The notes below the pieces were generated by a model. The model was not told the origin of the DNA and made no database searches. It saw only the letters and a program-made list of their open reading frames with translations. Positions 32,841 through 53,255 of a stretch of DNA of 64,000 nt are shown here, one piece after another. Every line of letters begins with the position of its first letter. The first letter of the stretch is position 1. Source of the DNA: the human T2T-CHM13v2.0 reference genome, Homo sapiens; the NCBI RefSeq assembly GCF_009914755.1, contig NC_060942.1. One strand, 5' to 3'. The translations under genes and the position numbers were made by a program.

Positions 32841-35283
32841 TCATCTTCATGACAACCCTGTTAATTGGTCATCATTTTCATCCATGAGGGAAGTGGCACC
32901 AAGAGTGTGCCCACCGTCACCTGTCCGGGAAAGGGCATCCAGCAGGCAGCATGGGGCACACCTCTCCCTGTGGCTCAGGTGAATGCTGCCAAAGGGAACT
33001 GACCCATGTGCGGAGAGTCGCAAATCAGTGTGGAATCAAAGCTGGAGAAAATGGGAGACGGGGGCTGAGCAGGAATGGGTGGGACTGGAGCTGGCTGAAT
33101 CCCACAAGCTTCCAGCACAGGCTTCCATGAGTGGTCAAATCCCTCTGAAGGAGGGGGTTAGGCAGGCAGATCCCTGCCCAGCAGTCCCGTCTCCCTGCCT
33201 GCCTGGCCAGGAGTCAAGGGAGCATTATCTCCGTCCTGGTTCTGGGAAGGCCTCTTCCATTGATATTCTGCTTTGCTTCCTCCCTTTTCCTCTGCACCAT
33301 TCCTGCTGTTATGGTGAGAATCGTCCTTTCCTGGAACAAAACAAACATACTCCTCTAGGAGAGCATTAGTCTTTTGTGCCCAGACAGCCTGAAGTTAAAT
33401 CCTCTAAGCACAGACTTTTCACTGCAGCTGCACAGAGCACAGCCGCGCGGTCCTATGTCTCCCGAGGTGGCTGTTTGGGTTCCTGGTGTCTAGTGCCCAA
33501 ACTCACCACACTGGCGTCAGGTGGACTCTGATGTGCACCTCCCACCTCAGGCCTGCAGACACCCTCGGCTCCTGCTCTAGGCTGCAAGTGTTGGTGCCCT
33601 CCCAGACTTCCTTGGTGTGTTTGCTGGGAAAGAAATTCTTCCTCAGGTGCCTGCTGGCAGAAAGATGTCTACCGTTGTCCAGATGGCCTGTCGTCTCCTT
33701 GTTTCCCTCTCTCCCTTGGCCATCTTCTGGCTGACTCTTGGCTGAGGCTGGAAGCCATCCCCTTGTGCAGGGCTGCTCCGACCTGCTTCAGGACTGCAAT
33801 CCCCACAGCAGCGTGGTCCAGGCTCCACAGCATCTCCATTGCTCAGCGCTTAGACACGCCAACCCGTCCCGGTACAGTGTCTGTAATCTCTGATTCAAAC
33901 AGGTCTTTAAACAGCGTAGTCATATTCTACTGATTATTTTCTCCAATAAACAAATATAAATGTTTTTACACCCTGGTTTCAGTTGCAGCAACTCTATTCA
34001 AATATCTGGCTGTGAAAATCGAAGACAGTTTAAGGACTGTTGCAGGCATCCACTTAGCCCTTCAATAATGTGTTCAATACCCCTAAAAGTGACAGCAAAT
34101 CAAGGATGAAATGAAACAGTAAACAGAGCGAAGGCAGATTTCACATATGGCAGCAGCTCTGTCATTTCAAGCTTTAGCCGGAACACTGGATCAAAATGCC
34201 GAGCGTGGCAGCTGGAACTTGCAAGTCCCAGATGAGTTGTTTTGGCTGCTGACATGGAGAATGCTTTTTGCACCATGTATTCTAAATGAAAAGGAAAAAA
34301 ATTAATGTAGGGCAAAGTTTATCTCATCCTATAGAGACTTCCATGCCCCAGGAAACCCTGTAAGAGGCGTGAATCCATGCACTCTATTCCCATTTGCCCC
34401 TCACTGGAAATAGCAGGGACACAAGAGAAGTCCAAGAGCTCTACCAGCTCTGAACAGTCTCATTCATCAGCAGCATCCTCTCAAGCCCAAGGCCTTTTTC
34501 CTCCAGGCCTGGTATTCATCACTTTTCCTATAAGTCTCCTGTGTTTGTTAGGGTTTCTTCCCTAGGGTTCCCTGTTTCTATTTCTCACTCTGGCTGCCAT
34601 TCAGATTCCCCTGAAGTTATTTCACTCTTCTGCGTGACACATTTCCTGGAGAGGTCCATGTCAACCCCTTCCCTCTCGGACTCTAGGACTCTCCATGGGG
34701 TCCCCTCAGCCCTTTCTGAGATGAGGTTCTGGGAACAGGCATCTCTGCAAGCTGCAAACTCTGGCATTCCTCGTTAACTGGCTACTGGGGCTTAATGTCA
34801 CTCTCCTTTTCTGCTCTTTCTGTGTCTCCAATTTAAAGAGTCATGAGGTAGAGCCATCTGTCTGCTCTCTACTGTGTTTATTAATATATTTAGACAAGGC
34901 TAATCCCTCTACTGTACTGGGACATTACCCAGTGGGCTTTCTATGGTCTTGGGGACTGACATTCCAGCATCTCCCAAGCCCAGTTGTAGGGATGTGACTA
35001 AGGAATGCTTGTCAAAAGATGGCGCCTAATTGAGTGGCCAGATCCTTTCATGCCTTTCAGTGACAGTGCCTTTGTAGTGTCCTGGATGTCATGTGGTGAT
35101 GTGTGAATTGCCTGGCTCAGCTCCACTGCTGTCTGAAATAGCTCCTCACACATGGTCCGCAGGGTCAGTTGCCACAGAGACCACATTGCAAGAGGGATTT
35201 TCCACGTCTGTTTAAAAGCTGGAATTAATATTGTTAGGTGAGAGGTGAAGCAACTCCTCTTATTGTGTCTTTTAAACTCTTAT

Positions 35284-35502
35284 CAGGGCCAGAAAACAAC
35301 AGCCTGCAGATTCAATCCAGCTCACTGCCCAGTGTAAATAAAGTTTTATTGGAACACAGCCACTCACCCACTCATTCACAGTTTGTGTTGGCTGCTTTCA
35401 CACCACAACAAAGCTGAGAGGTTGCAACAGAGACCTCAGTGGCCTGCAGCACCTAAAATATTCACCTTCTGGCTCTTCTCAGAAAAAGTGTGCCAACTCT
35501 TG
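35284..35502. mobile_element. MER58A (hAT-Charlie)
   Basis: gtaaataaagttttattggaacacagccac...cctaaaatattcaccttctggctctt...gaaaaagtgtgccaactc. Confidence 0.85.
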
Positions 35503-35532
35503 GACTCTATCACTGATTCTGAGATGTGTTCT

Positions 35533-35835
35533 TTTTTTTTTTTTTTTTTTTTTTGAGACGGAGTCTCGCTCTGTCGCCCAGGCTGGAGTGCAGTGGCGCC
35601 ATCTTGGCTCACTGCAAGCTTTGCCTCCTGGGTTCACACCATTCTCCTGTCTCAGTCTCCTGAGTAGCTGGGACTACAGGTGCCCACCACTACGCCCGGC
35701 TAATTTTTTATATTTTTAGTAGAGACGGGGCTTCACCGTGTTAGCCAGGATGGTCTCGATCTCCTGACCTCTTGATCCGCCCTCCTCGGCCTCCCAAAGC
35801 ATTGGGATTACAGGCGTGAGCCACCGCACCCGGCC
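35533..35835 (-). mobile_element. AluY
   Basis: AluY diagnostics and a pure T tail. Confidence 0.95.
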
Positions 35836-35899
35836 CATATTTCTTCTTTAACTGCTATGCTTCCTTTTGAATTTTGTTGGTTTGAAGTATGTTAGTGGT

Positions 35900-37880
<1,981 letters not shown>

Positions 37881-37896
37881 ATTTTAAAAAATATTT

Positions 37897-38190
37897 GGCC
37901 AGACACAGTGGCTCACGCCTGGAATCCCAGCACTTTGGGAGGCCGAGGCAGATGGATCATCCGAGGTCAAGCGTTTGAGGCCAGCTTGGCCAACATGGTG
38001 AAACTCCGTCTCTGCTAAAAATACAAAAATTAGCTGGGCAAGTAATCACAGTTACTCAGGAGGCTGAGGCAGGAGAATCGCTTGAACCCAGGAAGCAGAG
38101 GTTGTGGTGAGCCAAGATCACGCCACTGCACTCCAGCCTGGGTGACAGAGCAAGACTGTCTCAACAAAAACAAAAAACAAAAAACAAAAA
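37897..38190 (+). mobile_element. AluS with short internal deletion
   Basis: Alu with a CAAAAAA-type tail. Confidence 0.92.
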
Positions 38191-38200
38191 TGATACCCAG

Positions 38201-38825
<625 letters not shown>

Positions 38826-39621
38826 CAGAATTTGTAGTTTTAAGTAGGATCACCGCTCAGGTTTTGCCATGGTGATAGAGACAAAAGCCTAAAACTGAGA
38901 CTTTCTTGAAAAGTCAACTTAAATCTCTAGCTTCAAGAGACTTCATGTGTGCATAACACGAATACAGTTTAAATATGCCTTTTTTGGATAACACGTTATA
39001 AACTAAGAGTTAACAAAATGTTTACTGTGTTTGTAGTGACTGTGATAATATTACATGCTTATTACAGACATGGAGTGAAATGGAAAAGTATCAAGAATAA
39101 AGTTAATATCACCACTAATTTCTACTATCCAGAAGCAGCCACCAATCATATTTTGTTATGCCGACTTTTGCCCAGATTTGGATATGCTTCCTATTTTTAA
39201 ATAGTTGAGAAAGCATTGTTCCAGATAGATTTATTTAATTAGAAGGTTATGATTCTTCTTTTGAGATGTGAGTCACAGAATAGCATTATTTCTCTCTCTT
39301 TCTATTCTGAGGTCATTGAAGATCAGTTAACTACTTGGAAGATACACTATCTTTCTCAGCATAATCTATCCTGGTGGATCTAATTAAAAAGAATCCAGTC
39401 TGAAAACCATCAGGGAGTAGTAACTGAAGAAACAGTGCCACTCAGTGAGGGGTGCTAAAGTGTTTAAGTTTAATGGACTAGTGCCACGCAGAAACGACAT
39501 GGCCATCACTCAAATGCTGCTATAGGCTGTCTGAGCTCCATGCAACAGAAAGGGGAGTATGATGAAATCAGGACTGGGATTGAAAGGATCATTGTATTTT
39601 ACAAATAAAAATGCTTCAGTA

Positions 39622-39937
<316 letters not shown>

Positions 39938-40396
39938 TCACATGAGCTCAGATCTCTGCAGGCCTGTCTCAGACAGTGCACACAGCTCAGGTCCCATGCA
40001 AATGCCTGGGCATGCCTGTCTTAACTCTCACAGATGGGGGCTTTCATCCAAGTTACTAAAATGGCCAATTGATCTGAAATATTTTGGTCCATAACCATGC
40101 TTATCTGTCCATTAAAGCCTGGAAGAGAGCCTCCCAGAACAAACAGACCCAGTTTCCAGGTGGGCAGAGACGTAGTGGTTGTTGAACATTGTGGAAGAGG
40201 ATTCCAATGAAATAACCCAAGGCCAGAGATATCGGTAATCCTGGAGAAAAGCTGAGCGCTTCCCCTTAGACCTCAATGAGCAAAAAGATGAAGTGTCGTT
40301 TTTAAACTCCTTCAGTGAGAAGTCCTAGATGGCTGTACACTACTGTTTGGTTTTGGAGAGCCCAGTGAAAGATAACAGTCACTGAGCTTTATTTAG

Positions 40397-40702
<306 letters not shown>

Positions 40703-41132
40703 AAGGATCTCTTTCTACAACAAAAAGCACAGGCTCTGCCGTCACAAAGATGTAAATCCAAATGCTAGGCCAGTCACTACCTGGCAGTGCAAACTCACAA
40801 AAGGTACTTAACATCTCCTCTATAACATGGTGATTATAATACTTATCATGGCAGAGTTGCAGGAAGGATTGAAAATGATCTCTCTAATGCACCCAGCGCA
40901 AGGTAAATGGCAGTTACTCCACTTGACTGTGTAAGTCCCTGATATCTGGGACCAACTTTGGTCTCAATGCCTCTGAAATACCTGGCACACAGTAGTTGTT
41001 CTATAAATACTCATCAAATGAAAGGATAAAGTACTTAGCTATAGCACGAATCAATGCGTGGGAAGACCGAGGCAAAGGCGTGTTGCTGTCCCACCAGGAA
41101 GCTTTTAATGTAACAACACTTGTTGATGACTG

Positions 41133-41420
41133 CTTTTCTTTTCTCTTCTCTTCTCTCCTTTTCTTTTCCCTCTCCTCTCCTCTTCTTTCTTTATTTTTAG
41201 AGACAGGGTCTCTCTCTGTCACCTGGGCTTGAGTACAGTGGTGCACTCACAGCTCACTGCAGCCTCAAACTCCTGGGCTCAAGCAATGTCCCTGCCTCAT
41301 CCTCTTGCCTCAGCCTCAAGAATAGCTTGGGACTCCAGGTGTGCACCAACATGCCTGGCTAATTTTTTTTTAATAACTTTTTTTGTAGAGATGAGATCTT
41401 GCTTTGTTTCTCAGCCTGAG
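41133..41420 (-). mobile_element. AluJ, truncated, with (TTCTC)n tail
   Basis: AluJ-type cacagctcactgcagcctcaaactcctgggctcaagc. Confidence 0.88.
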
Positions 41421-42873
41421 CTTCTGATGGGAGCATTCCAACTAGTCCAAGGTTGGAAGTTGTCCATTCTCTGCCTGCTCCAGCCTCAGGCAACTAGACG
41501 TGCAGGCAGCCCCTTATGTCCATGCTGATCGCCTGAGCCCTGATGACCACCAGACTGACCAGAAGCCCATGGACACCAGCTGTGCTGAACCCCACCTGCC
41601 TTTGCCTCTCTTCCCCAGTTACCTCTCACCCTGTCCACCTACACCACTCACGTGGCCTGGGACCCACCACCTCCCCATGTCACTTACGGGAAATGGAACC
41701 AGATAGAAGCAGAAAGGGAAGGAGCACATTTACAGGTATAGGGGAAGAGGACCTGAAAGTCGAGCCTCACTATGCAAAACTATCCAATAGTTTTACCTGG
41801 AGGCTGATTTAATAAATTATAGCAGTGAGTCAGTAGGGTGATGTCAGATAAATGAAATATTTAACACGATGTAATAATCCCTCCAGTAATGTTAGAATGT
41901 TCACATTTGTTAATCTAAAGCACTCCCTGATGAGACAGCTGAATGGCTGAACACTCTGGAAGGCTGCTGTCTAAACCATGGGACTTAGAGAGTCAGGGAA
42001 TGGGGTCCCTCTATCCTGCTCCTTCTGGGTGGTGGGATTTACCCCTCAACAAGGCATGTTTACCTCTAATTAATGAATAATGGATTTATGGATACCTAGG
42101 AAAATACAAATTCTCTCTCTCTTTGTCTGTTTCTCTCCCCCCACAACCCCATTCCACGGACAGAATCTGCCCGAGCCTCTTATGTGCTCCCTTCTTGGGT
42201 TGAGGATCCGGGAAACGTGTCTCTGCTTATCTCTCACCTTGTAATTTGGTTTCCGCTGTGAATTGAGGAGCCATACAATAGATGCTTCCCAGCCGGTGGT
42301 TGGTTTGCTTGTTCACAAAGCTGACTGGTATCAGCTGAGGCTTTGTTAACTTTCAGGTTTCTATTTAACGGCAATAAAAGAAAAAGGGAAATAGAAAGCC
42401 TTTCTTCAGAATTCTCAGGCTTACACAAAATAGAGCTGTTATTTCAAGACCAAACTGCTCACATTATCCACTCATGGCACGGTTACTAATTTATGTATTA
42501 AGCAGTTGGTATCTATTTCTGGATTATTTTCATTCTATAATTAAACAGCACCACCTTCAACGAGGACAAAGACAATTGTCACAGTGTCCCAGCGGTCTCC
42601 TTCTCTGGCTGTACAATTGCACACTCACTCTTTCACAGAACTGCAAATTCACCCACAGACCAGGCTGACTGTGTGACATGGACCAACATTGCTGCTGTCA
42701 CTGCCAATCTCTATGGGATTCTTCTGCCCTGCCCTCCCCAACCCCTGCTCTGAATGGCCCACAGAGGTCTCTCAGTTACCAAGAAAAACCTGGAAGAATT
42801 TACCTGGGAAACGAGTATATATTTATGTATGGCTGCTTTCTTCATCTTTTAAATGGAAATTTGTCTTATTCGA

Positions 42874-43182
<309 letters not shown>

Positions 43183-43499
43183 AATTTTTTTATCCAAAGT
43201 TAACGAGTCTATGTAACACATTTTCCTTGAAAGTTATTTATTTTACCGAAGTTACAAATTTATCTATGTAGAGTTGACCAAGCTAGTCTCATGGTTCTGT
43301 AAAGTTTCTCTGTATCTGCAGTTTTCTCATTAAAATTTTTTTATGTGTACGTGTGCTTTTTTAATATTCTTGACTAGTTAGCTACAATTTTGGAAATTTT
43401 TTTCTTTAAAAACAGCTCTCAGATTTATTTCTACCACTTTCTGTCTCCCAAATCATTAATTTCTGCTCTTAGCCTTAAAATGATAACATCAACATTATT

Positions 43500-44190
43500 T
43501 AAATTGTTAAAAGATCATGGAAAAAAGAAGCAGAGCTTTCACATTCTTTTATGAAGTCAGTATAACATTGATTTAAAATCTAACAAAAATAAAACACCCC
43601 AACTGTGCAGAAAAATCTCACCCATAAATATCAATGCAAAAACCCTAAGTCAAATGTTAGCCAATAGAACTTAGTAGCAATTTTTAAAAATACACCATGT
43701 CGGCCGGGCATGTTGGCTTATGCCTGTAATCTCAGCACTTTGGGAGGCCAAGGCTGGTGGATCACGAGGACAGGAGTTCAAGACCAGCCTGGCTAAGATG
43801 ATGAAACTCTGTCTCTACTAAAAATACAAAAAAAAAAAAAAAAAAAATTAGCCAGGCATGCTGGTGGGCGCCTGTAATCCCAGCTACTCGGGAGGCTGAG
43901 GCAGAGAATTGCTTGAACCCAGGAAGTGGAGATTGCAGTGAGCCGAGATCGTGCCACTGCACTCCAGCCTGGGTGACAGAGCAAGACTCCATCTCAAAAC
44001 AACAACAACAACAAAAATACACTATGTCTAAGTTTTCGTATAAATTTTACAAAGATGGTACGTTCACTGGATATGTATTAAAACATTTATTATTATTACA
44101 TAAGAAAAAAATCACAAACATCTCTTTAAATACTAAGGGCTTTGATATAATATTCAACATCAATTTTATAATTTTTTAAGTAAAAAAGAA
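43500..44190 (+). mobile_element. Ancient L1 ORF2 fragment interrupted by an Alu (43702-44016)
   Basis: ttttatgaagtcagtataacattgat...aaatatcaatgcaaaaaccctaa is L1 ORF2-like; Alu TSD aaaaatacac(c/t)atgtc. Confidence 0.7.
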
Positions 44191-44223
44191 ATTGATGGTT
44201 ACTTCTTAGATGTGGTCTTATAT

Positions 44224-44520
44224 TGCTGTGGTCTGAATGTCTTCCCAAAATCCACATGTTGGAACCTAATACCCAATGTGACAGTATTAAGAGATAAGGC
44301 CTTTGGGCAGTGATGAAGTCAGAGGGCTCCATTCTCCAGAATGGCCTTAGCGCCCTCCTAAAAGAGGCTCCAGGGAGTTCCCTTCCCGTCTCTGCCATGT
44401 GCCGGCCCAGCAACAAGGTGCCATCTATGAGTCCCACACCAGACACTAATCTGCCAGCACCTTGACGGTGAACTTCCTAGCCTCCAGTACTGTGAGCAAC
44501 AAATAAATTTCTGTCTATTT
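44224..44520 (+). mobile_element. MaLR LTR (MLT1A/MST-like)
   Basis: Starts tgctgtggtctgaatgt; ends cctagcctccagtactgtgagcaacaaataaatttctg. Confidence 0.8.
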
Positions 44521-45337
44521 TTTAAAAAGAAAGAAAAGAAACTCTGGAGGCCAAAAGAGAATCCATAGAGATTGCTCTTGCACAAACAGTTCATCGCCCA
44601 ATTCTTTCAAGCTTGAAGTAAATTTTCAAGTTATCCGTCAATGCATTTAGTATGAAAATTATCTAATTAGCCAGATCCAGATAGCATACTTCTCCCTGTG
44701 TAGTAGATCCAGAGCTCCGTCTGTGGTGTTTCTGGTTGATAGAAGTAGAGGATGCTAATTATACAAGTTTGGGCAGTGGCCAAATCTCTATCAAAGGCTG
44801 GAAAATAATCAGCTCTGTTATTTGCAAGGAAAGCAGGGTTTTGTCACAGCCTCCAGAGGTCAAAGGCTTCCGATTTTACTGGCTGTATCACAGGAATGTC
44901 ACTGTCTGGACAAGGAGCTGCCAAGAACTCGATTCCCTTGCTTCACAGAAGTGCCCGAAACAGCTGTTTTAAAGAGCTCCTCTGGAACGGCAGGTGCCGG
45001 TGAACTATCCACCTGCCTCGCGGCTGCTGGGAGCCTCCAGGCACCCTGGAATTGAGAAAGCTGTAAAAATGAGTACATATGTACGTAGTTATTCCCTTGG
45101 ACATCTGGTTTTCTGTTTGTGTATCTGTGTTTTGTTTTGTTTCAAGGTCCAGACAAAATAAAGGTTATTTGGTAATATGTATTTATTGTGGGAGAATTCT
45201 GATATGTTATGCGTAGACTGCCCATTTTCCCCCTGGTTCAACCACCCAGAACAACACATGCTTCTCTGGGAGTGGAGGACAGGGCTCCTGAGCACAGGGA
45301 GTGGCTGTTTCCTTGCCTGCTGTGCTTCAGTTTCTCT

Positions 45338-45450
45338 CAGACGGGTTCTCGCTCTGTCACCCAGACTCATTGCAGCCTTGAACTCCTGACTTCAAGCGAT
45401 CCTCCCGCCTCAGCTTCCCAAAGCGCTGGGGTTAAAGGCATTCACCACAG
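45338..45450 (-). mobile_element. FLAM/AluJ monomer fragment
   Basis: tctcgctctgtcacccagactc...gaactcctgacttcaagcgatcctcccgcctcagc. Confidence 0.8.
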
Positions 45451-47449
45451 TGCAGACCCTTCTCTGCTGTTTCTCCTCATCTCCTGCTGTGCCCCCACCG
45501 CTTGCCTCTGGCTGCAGCCCTGCACCCCACCTTGTGATCCCCAGAGACCTTGCTCTCTATTCTTCATCCTTCTAACGGCTTCCCCTTGATATCGCCTCTG
45601 GTATTTGCTCTCTCTTAACCACATCTCAAAAATAAATAGAAAACCATCAAGAAAAAATTCTCATAGGGAAAATGAGAAATTTGATATATTTCTATCTAGT
45701 TACATAGTACTATTATCAGCAGAAAAAAACAGTAAATAAATATAAATATTTATAATATCAGTAAATATATTCATCTCTGGATTCAAGGGGATGATTTCCT
45801 AGAGGACCAGAGGACATGGTCCTGACAGTGGTTCAGAGGAGCCATGTCTCCCTGCAGGCACAGGGCCAGCGGCTGTTCTTCCCTGGTGGCTGTTCTGTCC
45901 TGGTCTGTGCAGGGGAGGCTGAGAGGCAGGAAGAGGGGAAGCACACTTGCTTTGCTCTAACAGGCTGATCAGAAAGAACTCGTACCAGGTTCATAGCCCA
46001 TGACACCTCAAAAGCTCTTTATCGCCCAGAGTTACTCACAGATGCCAACAGGAACCTGCTTCCCAAGCTATTTGGGAATGATTTCTGTTGAAGGCCCACA
46101 AACAGCTCATTAACTCCCAACCCTCCCTAATCATAAAAGACATGGAAAGAAGTATTGGGGGCTGGTGTTGGAAGTCATGTTTGATAGTTTTTTTCCTGCC
46201 AGAAAATTTTCAGGGCAGGGGAAAGAATATGGGTGATCATAGTCCTACCCAGTTGGCCATTTGGCTAGACTTGTAGTCCTAGTTATGTCAACAGCCAGGC
46301 GGAGAGGGATGCAATTCCACACTTTGCATCTATTTCTTCACTAAATTGTCACATTCCCCCAATTGATACATGAGGAATCGGAGGCTGAGAATGACCATGT
46401 AACTTGGTAGCTATGAGTAAATGTCAGAGCTAGGATTTTTAACCTAGGATTTATTGCTCCCAAAGGCCATGCTCTTCCCAGAAACTGTCTGAGGCCCAAC
46501 ATGTCAAGAATCCAAGTCCTTGACCCCAGGGCACAATGCGTGAGAGCTGGGCTGCCCTAAGGGTTTCAGGTCAGTCCAGTAGAAGGGTTTGCAGGAGTCT
46601 GTCCTGACAGTGACTCAGAGGAGCCATCTCACACCTGGTAGACAGAAATGAAAGAGCTGGGGTGACCGTCCTCTACTCTCCAACAGTGCAGACATGGGGG
46701 ACCACAGGGAAGCCCCAGCCTCATGCTGGGGAGCAGTGGCCAGGCAGCAGTGAAGGCCCAGGCCAGCCAGACCTCATCATTTGGTTTTAAGTATCCAGAA
46801 TGTTTGATAAGAGCTGCTGAAACTGACAATAAAACCTTGCAGATTTTTAAGTAGTAGCTCATTGTCACAACTGGTCCTCTCAGCAGTTGAGAAGTTTTGG
46901 TGTTATTGTTGTTGAAATAATGCATTTAACTCAAATAAAAAATCCAGTGAGGAGTTCTGCTACTTCCTATAACCTCACTCCCCACCCAATACTCAGATAT
47001 CTTGAATGAACCCAGTTACACTGGGGGATATAGGGAATCTTCAGGTCCCTGTTCCCGCTAGACTTAACATGGTCCTCAGAGGGGAGCTTGGTGTGGTCTC
47101 TGGAACAGTGCTTGATTTTAGTGCTGTAGTGCCAGGATGAGGGTCTTCTTGTTAAGCAGAGGTTTCTGAGTTTTGAATGGGTCATCCTGGAATCTTGAGA
47201 AGGGCCAGGAACAAGAGAAGCACAACATTAGGTTGTCCCTGGATTTGCTTTACAAAGTGGGTGTCCCAGCTATGGATAGGCTAAGACTGAATAGTCATAC
47301 AGTGCAGTAGGCACATTGAGGACATCATTATCATTCCCTTTTATCCATTTATTGATTAGATACTTAAAACTTTCAATGTTATCTTGAAGTTATCCAGTGA
47401 TTCAGTGATATTTTATGTTGGAGGAAGGAAAATGTCAGAGGGTTTCTAA

Positions 47450-48389
<940 letters not shown>

Positions 48390-49199
48390 TAAGATTTCTA
48401 ATTTAAAAGGTCACCTGGCTAGCAGCTCCTGATTCAGTCTCCCTCAATGCCCATTTATAAGAAAAGAATATATTTGGAACTCTTAAAACTAGGACTGACA
48501 GCCAATCTCTTACCAGAGTTTGGGAAGACCTTCCACAAGCTGTAGAGCTAATGTCACTCAGTGGACAATGCAGGTCTGGCCTCAGGAATGGGTCAACTGG
48601 CTTCCATCCCTCTCCATGCTCCACACCGGGTCAGAGCCTCATCAACTGTAAAACCAGAACATGTCATGCCTCGACTCTCTAGGTGCTACTTTTTGACACA
48701 GTCAGATTCGTCCTCCCCAGATAGCTACTTCTGCTGTTAGATTGAGCTAGATAATTCTGGAGCTTCTGGAGGAGGCTCGTTCTGGGTAGTGTAGTGGCCC
48801 AAATAAAGCACCATGAATGGGGACAGAGTCCGGAAGAGCCTTGGCGTCTAGGCAGCTGCAAGGTTGTTATTTCTCAGATCCTCAAATTTTACAAAGGGTC
48901 AGAAGGTCAGACAGCAAAGACAGGAAAAGCTCCCTTCATAGATTAGCAAAGACATTCCAGCAGTAGGCTTCCTAGTGACAGAAAAGTTGTGTGTGTCCTC
49001 CAGCTCTTCCTGGGACAGCCACTTGGGAAGGGTGGGGGTGGGGACACACAGTGTGCTTGTTCTCTTGTGCTGGGTAGAGCTCTGCCTTCTTGGACAAGGA
49101 AACAAGAAAAAGGAGTAGTCTTTGAAAAAATCATATGGTCCTGATAAAGTCAGCCTCGTGCTAAAATTTCACTGGAAACAATGTTTTTCTAAAAAAAAA

Positions 49200-50900
<1,701 letters not shown>

Positions 50901-50958
50901 CTGGTACTTAGAGAAACATATGTCTGGTAGTGTTCTTATAGCTTAAAAGTAACTTAAT

Positions 50959-51559
<601 letters not shown>

Positions 51560-52239
51560 TTATTGTTAGACTTAAAATAGGACATGACTTCCAAATCTTT
51601 GGAAAATATTTAAGCAGGTAAAGTCTAGTGTGTTAACAGAAAACTGAAAACACGGACTTAGGGAAGAGCCATAAAAGCTGTACATTTTAAGGACAAGGGG
51701 AAATGTGCATAACTTAACCCATATGCACAGCACGGTTCTGATGTTAATACGTGCGCATGTGCACGCATGTGTGCATGGATGCTAGGAAAAAGAATGAAAG
51801 GAAGTGGGCCAAAATATGCTGTTTTTTTATAAGAACGTATGTTGTTATATGTAGAGAAAACAGACAACATAACGACCACAGAAGATGGCGGAAGCGCCAG
51901 ATGTGCAGACAGATAATGCAGGATATCGCCGAGGCAAGTCCCAGGTACCACTGTGGGAAGGGGAGGGGTCTGCAGTGTCTCCCCAAAGAGCTGGATCAGC
52001 AGGACCCTCCCCAAGATCAGCCTGTGTTCCCCAGCATCCCTGCCTTCATCAGAGAACACAGACACGGATGTCTGCTCTTGTCAATTTAAATGGCATATAA
52101 AATACTAACCTAAGGTCAATTCTTCTAATGCTATTTTACCTTAATGGGCATATGATTTGAATGCGTAACTTTCTAGCAGTTGAAATTGAGAAAGTGGAGA
52201 GCATACACGTGTGTCGGGCACACTGCCTAGCCCCAGGCA

Positions 52240-52496
52240 TCGGGGCCGACAGCAGGCACAGGGCCCAGGTCCCACAATACTTTTAAGTGCCCATGAAAAT
52301 GTTTAAATTATAATTTATTTTAATATCAGAAGAGAAATGAATAGGATAATAATGAATATATAAGAGTGAATCTAGCTTGTTTTTTGTTAATCTTTATACC
52401 AACACAGTTGTACAATATCATTTTTAATACTTGCTATGGAGAAAGTCACACAAAGGCAAAAATACCTAGGGTTCATACAAGCTATAATGTGGCCCT
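52240..52496. mobile_element. hAT DNA transposon fragment (MER96-like)
   Basis: The end aaaggcaaaaatacctagggttcat...aatgtggccct resembles the MER96 terminus, with an AT-rich interior. Confidence 0.45.
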
Positions 52497-52501
52497 CACA
52501 T

Positions 52502-52795
52502 GAGCTCATAACACCTTGAACTCATTGTGCCCCTGAACTCATAGTATCCCTAAGTTCATAACATCACGGAGCTCGTAGTTGTCCAAAATCATAGCACCCC
52601 TAGACTCATAGCACCCTTCAGCTGGTACTTCTAAACTCATTGTACCCCTAAACTCATAGCACTCCTGAATACATAGCACCCCTGAGCTCAAGATACCCCT
52701 AAATTCAGCATTCCTGATCTCTTTGTACTGCTGATGTCATAGCACCTCTGCACTCATAACACTTCTGAGTTCACAGCACCCCTGAACTCGTAGTG
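52502..52795. repeat. Degenerate 17-bp minisatellite, about 18 units, consensus gaactcatagcacccct
   Basis: Units can be read directly, e.g. gaactcattgtgcccct, gaactcatagtatccct, aaactcatagcactcct, gagttcacagcacccct. Confidence 0.9.
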
Positions 52796-53009
52796 ATCTA
52801 CTCTGCCCTGTCCTGCCTGAATTACCAATTAAAGAAGGCCTCAGTCATGAATTATTTAAATATCTAAACAATGGCAGAAAATGTCATTTTTATGACTAAG
52901 CCGATGTTAATGGTCTATACAAACAACAGTGTTCTATTTTTATGTGAGAAAAGACTTCAACACTTTTTATTGTTATTGTTTTATATAAAAAAAGTGTCCA
53001 TGTGGATGA

Positions 53010-53255
53010 TCATATTCATAGAAAAGCTTAGATATGGGACTCAGAAAAGTTTGACCCAGGATCTAACATTGATTCAAGGTTAAATTTTAGGTGTATTACT
53101 AAGCTGGTCTAAGTCTCCATTTTCTTATCTGCAAAATGCAGATATTATTTATTTTTAGGGTTTTTATGCAGTTAAAATTGAACATATGCAAAGTGCTGGC
53201 CCTTGCCTGGCTTACAGTATTCACTCGGTAAATGGTTGCACAGTAGATCACTTAC
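53010..53255. mobile_element. MIR fragments
   Basis: ctaagtctccattttcttatctgcaaaatg...aaagtgctggcccttgcctggcttacagta. Confidence 0.6.

Noticed and set aside
52502-52795. Possible CRISPR-like array
   Set aside because: Contiguous degenerate units without unique spacers, in a primate genome with no cas genes.
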